Shown here: positions 19,562 through 28,106 of the stretch, piece after piece
How positions within the stretch are numbered: position 1 is the stretch's first letter
Layout of the letters: each line of letters opens with the position of its first letter
The notes under the pieces: model-generated
Database searches by the model: none
The model's input: the letters and a program-made list of their open reading frames with translations, nothing else
What the model was told of the DNA's origin: nothing
Origin: Candidatus Eremiobacteraceae bacterium
Lineage (GTDB): Bacteria; Vulcanimicrobiota; Vulcanimicrobiia; Eremiobacterales; Eremiobacteraceae
DNA length: 64,000 bases
NCBI GenBank assembly: GCA_035295225.1
Contig: DATGJI010000016.1
Span: 1,243 to 65,242, forward strand
Reading direction: 5' to 3'
Made by a program: the position numbers and the translations under genes

Positions 19562-20509
19562 TTAGACAGCCCCTGCTACAAGCGAGGGAAAGCACGGGGT
19601 GACCCACTGCCGGTACCGCGCGAGTTTGCCAAGCGAAACCTTCGCATAGAGATCGCCGAGGGCAGTCGAAATCGGTCCGATGGTGCCGTCGCCCACCTGC
19701 CGCCGATCGACTTCTATGACCGGTCCCACGCCGACGGCCGTGCCAGAGAAGAACAGCTCTTCGGCCGCATAGAGCTCGCTGCGGTCGATGCTTCGCTCAA
19801 CCACTTCGATGTTCAATTCGTTGCGGCAGAGTTCGATGAGCGTGTCGCGCGTGATGCCTTCCAATATGCTGTCGGTCACTGGCGGCGTGATGACGCGCCC
19901 GCCGCGCACCATGAACAGGTTCTCGGCGCTTCCTTCAGATACGTGACCGTCGGACGACAGCAGTATCGCCTCATCGAAGCCGTTCTCAACCGCTTCCGTC
20001 TTTGCGAGCGCCGAGCTGACATAGACGCCGGTCAACTTCGCGCGAGCGGGCGCGCTGTTGTCGTCGATTCTCCGCCACGACGCAACGCCGACCTTCAATC
20101 CTTTGGAAGCATCGAAGTACGATTTGTGCGGCACCGCCACGATCGCGAAATCGCCTTTGACGTTGTGCAGCCGGACGCCGATCTCTTCGGACGATTTGAA
20201 TGCGATAGGACGCACGTAGACGTCTTGGCGGTAGTCGTTGCGGCGCGCGAGCTCCACCGTGTGGCGGCAGAGCGCTTCGGTATCTTCGGGCAGCGCGAGC
20301 TTCAGCAGCTTCGCGGACGAGCGCATGCGATCGTAGTGCTCGGCGAGACGGAAGAAGAACAATTGATTATCCGCGGCGCTCCAATAGCCGCGGATGCCTT
20401 CAAAGCACCCGGTGCCGTAGTTGAGTCCGTGCGTGAGCAGGCCGACCCGCGCGTCGCCGTACGCCTTGAACTGACCGCCGTGGTAGATGATAACGCTGTC
20501 GAGATCCAT
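19562..20509 (-). CDS. ilvE: branched-chain amino acid aminotransferase
   Basis: IIYHGGQFKAYGDARVGLLTHGLNYGTGCFEGIRGY and a class IV aminotransferase pattern throughout. Confidence 0.9.
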   Translation of the reverse strand: MDLDSVIIYHGGQFKAYGDARVGLLTHGLNYGTGCFEGIRGYWSAADNQLFFFRLAEHYDRMRSSAKLLKLALPEDTEALCRHTVELARRNDYRQDVYVRPIAFKSSEEIGVRLHNVKGDFAIVAVPHKSYFDASKGLKVGVASWRRIDDNSAPARAKLTGVYVSSALAKTEAVENGFDEAILLSSDGHVSEGSAENLFMVRGGRVITPPVTDSILEGITRDTLIELCRNELNIEVVERSIDRSELYAAEELFFSGTAVGVGPVIEVDRRQVGDGTIGPISTALGDLYAKVSLGKLARYRQWVTPCFPSLVAGAV

Positions 20510-20530
20510 TCGCTCGTACTCCTGCCTTCG

Positions 20531-20920
20531 CTATGTCTTGATAAAGCGGTTGACCGCTGCGATAAGTTCTTCGACCCGCTCGGGGCCGGTGTCGGGTTTG
20601 AGCGAGTCGCGCACGCAGCCTTCGACATGCTGTTGAAGCAACACCATGCCGAGGTTTTCCAACGCGGAGCGCGCGGACGCGATCTGCGTGAGGATGTCGA
20701 TGCAGTACTCGTCCGACTCGACCATGCGCGCCAACCCTCGGACCTGACCCTCGATTTTGTGCAATCGCGAAACGAGAGCCGTTTTGTCTTTGGACGCCGG
20801 ATTTTGCACGGGTGGTCCGCTCCTGGGCGGCGGGGGTATGCGCTGTGCCCGCTCGTCAATCGTACCCTTGCCCGCGCACGATGTAAAGAGCGAGCGGCTG
20901 TCCGCAAGGCCCGGGCTCAT
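20531..20920 (-). CDS. csoR: CsoR-family metal-sensing repressor (x-C-H-C fingerprint)
   Basis: LVSRLHKIEGQVRGLARMVESDEYCIDILTQI..QQHVEGC. Cys, His and Cys are at the CsoR Cu(I)-ligand positions. Start ATG 20920 was chosen; the longer track ORF is less likely. Confidence 0.75.
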   Translation of the reverse strand: MSPGLADSRSLFTSCAGKGTIDERAQRIPPPPRSGPPVQNPASKDKTALVSRLHKIEGQVRGLARMVESDEYCIDILTQIASARSALENLGMVLLQQHVEGCVRDSLKPDTGPERVEELIAAVNRFIKT

Positions 20921-21026
20921 ATAGGGGTATGGGGTATATTGTCGTGCAAAGGTCGAACGGCCTGCTCGCATCGGCCGCGCCGATCGCACAGGAGCGTACG
21001 CTTTGTCTCGCAAAGTAATTGGCTAG

Positions 21027-21638
21027 ATGGAAGTCGAGCGCGCGCTGGCAGATCTCGCTGAAGTTCGAGACCGCCTCGCGAACTGTCAGCAGTTTCGCGG
21101 CTATTCAGGTCCCGCCGCAGCCTTCAGCGGGCTCTGCGCCGTAGGCGCCGGATTTGTGCAGCTCGTCCTCGCCCCGAATCCGCAAAGCGCGTCAGAGATC
21201 TACATTTACCTTTCGATCTGGTCGGCGTGTCTCGGCGTCGCGCTCGTCGTCAACTACGGCGCGCTGGCCGTCTGGTATGCGAGAACGGCCGGCCTGCAGG
21301 CGCGCAGCCAGACGCGCACCGCGGGCCTGAGCATCTTGCCGGCGGTCATCCTCGGCGCAGTATTGAGTGCTGCGCTCGCCTTTCACAACATGTATGCGAT
21401 GCTCCCAGGCGTCTGGTATTCGTGTTACGCAGTCGGCCTGTTCGCATCGCGCTCCATGGTTCCGCAACCGGTGGTCTCGGCCGGCGCGCTTTTCGCCTGC
21501 CTCGGCGTCGCGTTGCTGCTCTCACCGTATCCCGCACTGCCGCTCTCGTGGTGGGTCATGCCGATCGGTTTCGGCGTCATCCAGACGTACATCGGCTACG
21601 TTCTCGCCCGCGAAGAGGAGTCTCGTCAAACAGCATGA
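21027..21638 (+). CDS. hypothetical integral membrane protein (5-6 TM)
   Basis: 203-aa hydrophobic ORF; ATGA overlap with the downstream winged-helix regulator. Confidence 0.6.
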   Translation: MEVERALADLAEVRDRLANCQQFRGYSGPAAAFSGLCAVGAGFVQLVLAPNPQSASEIYIYLSIWSACLGVALVVNYGALAVWYARTAGLQARSQTRTAGLSILPAVILGAVLSAALAFHNMYAMLPGVWYSCYAVGLFASRSMVPQPVVSAGALFACLGVALLLSPYPALPLSWWVMPIGFGVIQTYIGYVLAREEESRQTA

Positions 21639-22051
21639 GCGCCAGGAAAACCGCACGCAAATCGAACGCCGGCCAGCCGGCCGATGCGCCGTTTGCATAC
21701 GCCGGACTGGAGAGGATCTTTCACGAGCGCGGCAGGCTTGCCGTTTGCACGTGCTTGATCGCGCATCCGGACGGCTTGAGTTTCACCGAACTGCAAGAAT
21801 CGTGCGGGCTCACCGACGGCAATCTGAGCAGGCACCTGCATGCGCTTTCGGAGGTCGACATCGTCACGATCGCTCGTCACACGGGGTCCGGCCGGCCGAC
21901 AAGCGTCTGCCGCATAACGAAGAGCGGCCGCGCTCGCTTTCTCGCATATGTGGATGAATTGGAGTCCGTCGTGCGCGACGTCCACGTGCGCGCCGAGGAC
22001 TCGCAATCGACGACGCGAGGCCGCACGCTTCCGCGTCTGGTCACGACGTGA
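21635..22051 (+). CDS. winged-helix (ArsR/HTH_34-like) transcriptional regulator
   Basis: ATG 21635; IFHERGRLAVCTCLIAHPDGLSFTELQESCGLTDGNLSRHLHALSEVDIV..ITKSGRARF. Confidence 0.7.
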   Translation: MSARKTARKSNAGQPADAPFAYAGLERIFHERGRLAVCTCLIAHPDGLSFTELQESCGLTDGNLSRHLHALSEVDIVTIARHTGSGRPTSVCRITKSGRARFLAYVDELESVVRDVHVRAEDSQSTTRGRTLPRLVTT

Positions 22052-22794
22052 CGATGATCATCAGAAAAATCGCTCCGGCGACTGCGATCGTACCCGATCA
22101 GCTGCCGCGTCACATCGCGATCATCATGGACGGAAATCGCCGATGGGCGCGCGAGCGCGGACTGCCGCTCGTCGAAGGCTATCGCAGGGGGATCATCTCG
22201 TTGCGCGAGGCGACGACCGCATGCAGCGATCTCGGCATCGAATACCTGACCGTCTACGGATTCTCGACGGAGAACTGGAAGCGCGACGACGCGGAACTCT
22301 CCGTGTTATTCGACTTGTGCTGCGCGTTCGCGCGTAACGAGCTTGCGGGATTGATTCGCGAAAACGTTCGCGTGCGTATCATCGGGCATCCCGAGGCGTT
22401 GCCGTCCGCCGCGCGCCGCGCGCTCGCGGACCTCGTCGAGAAGACCGCCGGCAACACCGGAACGGTTTTGAATCTTGCGGTCAACTACAGCGCCCGGTCG
22501 GAACTCGGCGATGCGGCGCGAGCGCTCGCACGCGACGTGGCCGCCGGATCGCTGGATCCCGGATCCATCGATGAGAATACCATCGGCTCGTATCTCCACA
22601 CGCACGATCTGCCGGACCCTGACCTCCTCATCCGCCCCGGCGGCGAAGCGCGGCTGTCGAATTTCCTCCTCTATCAAGTCGCGTACACCGAGCTATGGAT
22701 GACCGACGTCTACTGGCCCGACTTCACGCGCGAGACGCTGGCGCTTGCTGTCGCCGACTTCGGCCGGCGCGCGCGCCGCTTCGGCGGGGCGTAG
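22048..22794 (+). CDS. uppS: isoprenyl transferase / undecaprenyl-diphosphate synthase
   Basis: HIAIIMDGNRRWARERGLP, YLTVYGFSTENWKR, RLSNFLLYQVAYTE. Confidence 0.9.
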   Translation: MTMIIRKIAPATAIVPDQLPRHIAIIMDGNRRWARERGLPLVEGYRRGIISLREATTACSDLGIEYLTVYGFSTENWKRDDAELSVLFDLCCAFARNELAGLIRENVRVRIIGHPEALPSAARRALADLVEKTAGNTGTVLNLAVNYSARSELGDAARALARDVAAGSLDPGSIDENTIGSYLHTHDLPDPDLLIRPGGEARLSNFLLYQVAYTELWMTDVYWPDFTRETLALAVADFGRRARRFGGA

Positions 22795-22819
22795 CGGCCG
22801 CCACAAGTCCGAATCTGTA

Positions 22820-23623
22820 TTGTACGCGGATCTCCACCTCCATAGCTGTGAGAGCGACGGCGAACTGTCGCCCAGCGCTCTCGTGGACGCGGTCTGCACC
22901 GAAGGCGTCTCTCTCCTTGCGCTCACCGATCACGACACGACCGCCGGTCATGCGGAAGCCCGAAGGCGATGTGCCGGCCTCGGCGTGACGTTCGTACCCG
23001 GCATCGAGATGACGACGTATGCGATGGACCGCGTGATCCACGTCTTGGGTTTGGGATTTCGCGACGGGGATGCCGGCCTCACGAGGGCGTGCTCGCTCGC
23101 TCGCGATAACTTCGCGCGAAATCAGCGCCGCTGGGTGACGGCGCTCGAAAGCGGCGGCCAGGACGTGTCGTGGGACCGCGATTTCGCCGGCGGCGCCGTT
23201 CGCTTGCCGGTGCTCATCGAGCGGCTGTGCGACCGCAATGTTGAAAGCGGTGATCCCAAGCGCGTGCACGCAGCGTTCAGCGCGTTCTTTCGCGCTCTGC
23301 CCGCCTCTGCGTACGCGGAGCTTCCCACGCCAGCCGCTGCCGCCGCAATGATCCGCGCAGCGGGAGGCATCGCCGTGCTCGCGCATCCGCTTCGCATCGA
23401 CGAAGGATCCGGCTGGGCCGCGCTCTTGGACGACATGGATGCTGTCGAAGCGAACTACGCCGCATACGATCGCGCAGTTCAAGATGGACTTGTCGCGATC
23501 GCGCGCGATCGCGGGCTGCTGGGGACATGCGGCAGCGACTACCACGGCTACTTCCAAGGCCCTTATGTCAACCCGCGTTTTGAACCGTCACCCGAACTGC
23601 TCGCGCGCCTCGGGGTGTTCTGA
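22820..23623 (+). CDS. PHP-domain phosphoesterase (TrpH/YciV-like)
   Basis: YADLHLHSCESDGELSP..LALTDHDTTAGH. TTG 22820 is preferred; ATG 22745 would overlap uppS by 50 nt. Confidence 0.75.
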   Translation: MYADLHLHSCESDGELSPSALVDAVCTEGVSLLALTDHDTTAGHAEARRRCAGLGVTFVPGIEMTTYAMDRVIHVLGLGFRDGDAGLTRACSLARDNFARNQRRWVTALESGGQDVSWDRDFAGGAVRLPVLIERLCDRNVESGDPKRVHAAFSAFFRALPASAYAELPTPAAAAAMIRAAGGIAVLAHPLRIDEGSGWAALLDDMDAVEANYAAYDRAVQDGLVAIARDRGLLGTCGSDYHGYFQGPYVNPRFEPSPELLARLGVF

Positions 23624-23645
23624 AGGGGCCCATGCTAATCGGCCC
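23622..23645. repeat. GAAGGGGCC hairpin filling the gap between convergent stops
   Basis: GAAGGGGCC-CATGCTAATC-GGCCC. The PHP gene TGA (23621-23623) and the polX TAG (23645-23647) flank it. Confidence 0.5.
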
Positions 23646-25369
23646 TATCTTAGGCGTTTTCGCTTGACGAACTCGAGAACGCCGGCAAGCGGGCGCGCGT
23701 TCAACACGTCGGCCTTCGTCAAGCCCGCTTTGCGTGCGGTGCCGACGCCGTAGAACATGTGATCGAGCCATTCGATGCTGTGCGCATCGGTGTCGACGGC
23801 GATCGTGCAGCCCAGTTCCTTCGCGCGCCGCGCGAGCGACGCGTTGAGATCCAGCCGCATCGGATTGGAGTTGATCTCAAGGGCCGTTCCGGTTTCCGCC
23901 GCTGCGCGAAAAACGGCGTCTATATCGAATTCATAACCGGCCCGTTTTTCGATCTGCGCGCCGGTCGGGTGTCCGATGATATTCACGTACGGGTTTCGGA
24001 TCGCCCTGAGCAGCCGCTCCGTCTGCTCTTCCTTCGTGCGCGAGAACGCGGAATGGATCGACGCGACGACGATGTCCAACTTCGCAAGCGTCGCATCGGG
24101 CCAGTCGAGCGAGCCATCCGCTCGGATATCAACTTCGGACGAGCAGAGCAGGTGCACGCCGTACGAGTCGCGCGCGGCTTTGATCGCAGCGATCTGTTGG
24201 GCGAGCCGCTTCTCGTCGAGGCCGTGCGCGACCGCCCGGCCGGGTGAGTGGTCGGAGATCGACAGATACTCGCGCTTACGCTCGGCAGTGGCCCTGGCCA
24301 TTTCTTCGATGCTGCGCGACCCGTCGCTCCACGTCGTGTGCGCATGCAGGTCGCCGCGGATGTCGGCAAGCGAGATAAGGTCGGGCAGAGAGCGCGAGCG
24401 AGCGCGGTCGATCTCGTCCAAGCCAACGCGCAGTTCCGGCGGGATGTACTGCATGCCGAGCGCCTCGTAGACTTCCTCCTCCGTCTTCATCGCGCGGACT
24501 TTGCCCGTCTCCACATCCTCGATGCCGTACTCGCTGACCTTGAGGCCGCGCCCCTTCGCGTACTCACGCAGCAAAACGTTGTGCGCTTTGTTGCCGGTGA
24601 AATGTTGGAGGAGATTTCCCAGATACTTGTGCGGCACCACGCGGCAGTCGACGGAAATACCCGGCGACGCCCAGATCGTCGCTTTTGTCTCGCCGCGGCC
24701 CACTATGCGTTCTGCTTGCGGCAACTTCGTGAAGAACTCGAGCGCCGCAGCGCCGCGTGCGCTCGTGCAGATGATATCCAGATCACCGACGGTCGGCTCC
24801 ATACGGCGAGCGCTCCCGGCTACGGTGACGTTCTTGGCAAGGCCGCTTTCGGCGAGCGCTGCGACGATGGCTTGGGCTAACGGCCACGCGTCGCCAAGGC
24901 GCATTCGTTTGGTGCGCTCCTGCAGCTGCGCGAGCGCCGCGCGCAGGTTCTCTATGCCCTTTGCACCGAGCCGCGGCAGTTTCGCGATGGAGCCGTCTTC
25001 GACGACACGCCGAAGATCGGCGATGCCGGTGACGCCGAGATCTCTGAACAGCGAGACGGCTGTCTTCGCTCCGATGCCGGGAACGCCCAGCAGCTCGAGA
25101 ATCGTGGGCGGAAACTTGCCGCGCAGTTCGTCGAGATAAGGGCACGTGCCGGTGCGATCGATCTCGTCGATTTTTTTCGCGATCGCAGCACCCACCCCCG
25201 GCAGTTCGGTCAGCGTGTGCGCGGCGATCATCTCACGCGCGGGGGTCTCGGCATCTTCGAGGCTGCGCTGGGCGCGTTCGTAGGCCTTGATCTTGAAGAA
25301 CGGTTCGCCGTCGAATTCCATGAGCGCGGCGATCTCAGCGAGCCGCGCGGCGATCTGTGAGTTTGTCAC
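23645..25369 (-). CDS. polX: family X DNA polymerase with C-terminal PHP domain
   Basis: NSQIAARLAEIAALMEFDGEPFFKIKAYERA; HhH motifs; GSARRMEPTVGDLDI; PHP block DLHAHTTWSDG..ISDH. Confidence 0.9.
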   Translation of the reverse strand: MTNSQIAARLAEIAALMEFDGEPFFKIKAYERAQRSLEDAETPAREMIAAHTLTELPGVGAAIAKKIDEIDRTGTCPYLDELRGKFPPTILELLGVPGIGAKTAVSLFRDLGVTGIADLRRVVEDGSIAKLPRLGAKGIENLRAALAQLQERTKRMRLGDAWPLAQAIVAALAESGLAKNVTVAGSARRMEPTVGDLDIICTSARGAAALEFFTKLPQAERIVGRGETKATIWASPGISVDCRVVPHKYLGNLLQHFTGNKAHNVLLREYAKGRGLKVSEYGIEDVETGKVRAMKTEEEVYEALGMQYIPPELRVGLDEIDRARSRSLPDLISLADIRGDLHAHTTWSDGSRSIEEMARATAERKREYLSISDHSPGRAVAHGLDEKRLAQQIAAIKAARDSYGVHLLCSSEVDIRADGSLDWPDATLAKLDIVVASIHSAFSRTKEEQTERLLRAIRNPYVNIIGHPTGAQIEKRAGYEFDIDAVFRAAAETGTALEINSNPMRLDLNASLARRAKELGCTIAVDTDAHSIEWLDHMFYGVGTARKAGLTKADVLNARPLAGVLEFVKRKRLR

Positions 25370-25372
25370 GTC

Positions 25373-25963
25373 TTACGGCAAGAGCGAGTTCTCGCCGGCG
25401 AACAAGCCCGCGGCGTTCGGCAGCCAAGCCCACACGAGCAGCGCGCGCGTCGCGGGGTGCACGAACGCGAATAAGAGCGTGCCGTCGGGCGGCATCAGTC
25501 CACGCTTTATGAGTTCGGGTGCTGTGGGTTTGGCATCGTCATCCCACGCCGCTTGCGCGAAATACGTCTTGTCGCCCACGGTTATGTTGTAGTGCAGATG
25601 TCGCGGAATCGTGTACCACGCGCCGGGGGGCACGGCGGCGAAATCGGCCGGGGGCATGCTGCCCGCCATGAACTGATAGCCGCACGCGACGAGCTGATCG
25701 GCTTCGTTGAAGATGAGCACGGTGGGATGCGCAAGGTCCGGCGGATTGAAATTATCGTGGTCGGTGTACATGACGCCGACACCGGGGATGGTATCGGTGG
25801 ACTGCACGTAGCCGTCGGCGCGCGCCCACATCGCCAAGCGGAAACGCTGCGTGCTCGTCCGCACTGCCGCGGCGAACGGTGAATCGTACGGATCATCTGC
25901 ACGCGCCGGTACAGCCGCACAGAACCACGAGAGCGCGACTGCGAAGAGGATCGCGGCGGACAT
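25373..25963 (-). CDS. secreted hypothetical protein, 3 nt upstream of polX
   Basis: ATG 25963; signal peptide MSAAILFAVALSWFCAAVPARA; no recognisable domain. Confidence 0.55.
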   Translation of the reverse strand: MSAAILFAVALSWFCAAVPARADDPYDSPFAAAVRTSTQRFRLAMWARADGYVQSTDTIPGVGVMYTDHDNFNPPDLAHPTVLIFNEADQLVACGYQFMAGSMPPADFAAVPPGAWYTIPRHLHYNITVGDKTYFAQAAWDDDAKPTAPELIKRGLMPPDGTLLFAFVHPATRALLVWAWLPNAAGLFAGENSLLP

Positions 25964-26022
25964 TCGTCGACCGCGCGTGACGCAATCGCAAGGCGAGCGA
26001 GCGGCGCGCATGCTGCGAGGGT

Positions 26023-26961
26023 TTGGGTGCGCTCGCTGTCAAACCTGCAGTCATGGTCGGCGCGCAAACGAGAGCGGCCACGGCGATCGCGACGTTCACC
26101 GCCGCGCTTCTCTGCGTTGGCGCCGCATCCGGTACGGTCGAGCAGCGCTCGTTCGCGCCGGGCAATACGCTGATCTACGACTTCAATCTCGAAGTGCAGA
26201 TGCACGCGATCGGCGCCGACCCGCGCACCTCGATGAATAGCGATGCGAGCGGCGCGGGCACCGAGACGTTCGCCATCGATCGCATCGACGCCGACGGCAC
26301 CGCGCGCGGTTTGTTGAAAGTCAACTATCAAGGTACGGCAGATGGCCGGACGATCGACGTCGCGCAATCGTGGCGCGCCGCGCTGACGTCTGAAGGCGAG
26401 ATCCGCGCGGACGGCGTCCAGCCGTCGCTCGGAGAAGATCTCGATCAAGCACTTGGCTATGTCAACGGCGTCAGCAAAGGATTTGGCGCGCGTGCGCTCG
26501 CGTCGGGTTCGACATGGAAGGCGGCGGTGCCGACAAGTGCGCAGGGCCAATCCGTGACGGTCGTCAGCCGCGTCACGGGCGTGCAGAAGTATCAGACGTT
26601 TCAAGCAAGCGTGATCGAGCAGACGGCGAAGGGGCAGTTCGCAACGCAGATCGCAGGCGCGCCGGCTGCCGGCACGATGGCCACCGGCGGCACGGTGTAC
26701 TACGACGCGGCGCTCGGCTTGTTGATCGGATGCGCCGTGCGCGGACAAACAGACATCGCGGTCGCCGGCTCGGACGTCAAGCACATAAGCAGAACTGAGA
26801 CCGTCAACTTGCAGCTGCGGTCTTGGGATCAAGGCGGCGGAAATCAAGCGGCCGCTGCGACCGCATCGCCCGACGCAACCGCGGCCCCAAGCACGCCGGT
26901 GCCGCAAGTTCCCGTGCCCGCGTCCGCGCAGACTCCAAGCCCGATCGCGACGGGCCGCTGA
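26023..26961 (+). CDS. secreted hypothetical protein with Pro/Ala/Thr-rich tail
   Basis: Signal-like AIATFTAALLCVGAASG; start TTG 26023 or ATG 26053; tail ATAAPSTPVPQVPVPASAQTPSP. Confidence 0.55.
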   Translation: MGALAVKPAVMVGAQTRAATAIATFTAALLCVGAASGTVEQRSFAPGNTLIYDFNLEVQMHAIGADPRTSMNSDASGAGTETFAIDRIDADGTARGLLKVNYQGTADGRTIDVAQSWRAALTSEGEIRADGVQPSLGEDLDQALGYVNGVSKGFGARALASGSTWKAAVPTSAQGQSVTVVSRVTGVQKYQTFQASVIEQTAKGQFATQIAGAPAAGTMATGGTVYYDAALGLLIGCAVRGQTDIAVAGSDVKHISRTETVNLQLRSWDQGGGNQAAAATASPDATAAPSTPVPQVPVPASAQTPSPIATGR

Positions 26962-26964
26962 CCG

Positions 26965-28035
26965 GTGCGAGCGAGCGGAGCCGCACCTGCTGCGGCGCTC
27001 GGATTCATCCTCACTGCGGCGATCGCCGCGTTCGGCGGTCAGATATTTTTGCCCGGCCACGAATATGGAACCGGCGAACAGCAGGTCTATGCGATTGCGC
27101 GTGACGCGCGGCTCACGGTGCGTTTCGCTCGCGCTGACGGAACGATCGGCACGCAGACGTCGCTGCTCCACGACGCGAGCAGCGTGGCGTTCACGGTCGA
27201 AGGGTTCACGGGCGACGGGGCACCGGTACTTGCGGTCGCGACAGCCGGCGCACTGCGCCAAAGCTCCGTTGCAGCCGTGCCGAGCGATAGCCCGGTCATC
27301 GCGGCCGACGGAAGCGCCGCACGGCCGGAATTTGACGGATTTGCGCCGGCGTCGCTCGTGCTGAGCGGATTGGATGCGTCGTCGCTCGACATCGGCACAG
27401 AATGGCATGGCACGGGAGATCTCGCGCTGCCGTTCGCGCATGCGCGCGCGCAGCTGCACGGCAAAGCGAATTTCAAATCGGGCACGCTAGCAGACACGCT
27501 GCTTCAGGCCGTCTTGAACGGCGGCGCGTCGATTGCGGGCCAACCCCGACTCTCTAAATTCGGCGCGGTGCGGCTGACCGGCGGAGGCGCGCTCAGCGGC
27601 GAAGCGTATTTCCAACCAGCCAGACACCTGTTGGTCGGAACCGACCTTTCGCTGACCAGCAATGGCAACGCCGTCGACGCGCATGGCACGCACGGTTCGT
27701 ATTCGCTCACCGCACACTGGATCGTGAAACTTGTCGGCCTCGTCGCGGGGACGCCGCCGATCCCCGGTATCTCGCCGGGAATCGGCATCCCCGCAAACCA
27801 GATGGGCGAACGTGCGAATGCCGCCAACGTCTATTCACCGGGATCGCCCGTGCCGGTGCTTCACCCCGCTCCGATGCCGAGCGGCGTGATCAGCGGCAAC
27901 TCAGGCGCGACGCCCACGCCGTACGCGGCGGTCACACCCTCGCCGACTGAATCCCTCGCGCCGCTGCCCATCGGCTTGTCGAGCGATCAGCCCATCGCGT
28001 CGCCGCCGCCGGCCCCCACGCCCACGCAGTCCTAA
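26965..28035 (+). CDS. secreted/anchored hypothetical protein with Pro-rich tail
   Basis: GTG 26965; N-terminal hydrophobic LGFILTAAIAAFGG; C-terminal PSPTESLAPLPIGLSSDQPIASPPPAPTPTQS. Confidence 0.55.
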   Translation: MRASGAAPAAALGFILTAAIAAFGGQIFLPGHEYGTGEQQVYAIARDARLTVRFARADGTIGTQTSLLHDASSVAFTVEGFTGDGAPVLAVATAGALRQSSVAAVPSDSPVIAADGSAARPEFDGFAPASLVLSGLDASSLDIGTEWHGTGDLALPFAHARAQLHGKANFKSGTLADTLLQAVLNGGASIAGQPRLSKFGAVRLTGGGALSGEAYFQPARHLLVGTDLSLTSNGNAVDAHGTHGSYSLTAHWIVKLVGLVAGTPPIPGISPGIGIPANQMGERANAANVYSPGSPVPVLHPAPMPSGVISGNSGATPTPYAAVTPSPTESLAPLPIGLSSDQPIASPPPAPTPTQS

Positions 28036-28106
28036 GACCTCCCGCGCACGGCGCCGCGACGAAAACGCCCGCGAGAGGGACGGCGAAGCGGCGCGAGGGA
28101 AGGCCC

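Noticed and set aside
19499-21061. The 520-aa plus-strand ORF spanning ilvE and csoR.
   Set aside because: It is antisense to two genes with unmistakable family motifs (ilvE, CsoR). Its composition is Arg/Ala/Asp-rich and it has no motifs.
25582-27459. The 625-aa ORF on the minus strand, the longest unexplained ORF in the track.
   Set aside because: It is extremely Arg-rich and low-complexity (RRRR, CGR runs) and has no domain. It lies antisense to two plus-strand genes and part of a minus-strand gene that have signal peptides and sensible composition. This is a typical high-GC shadow ORF.
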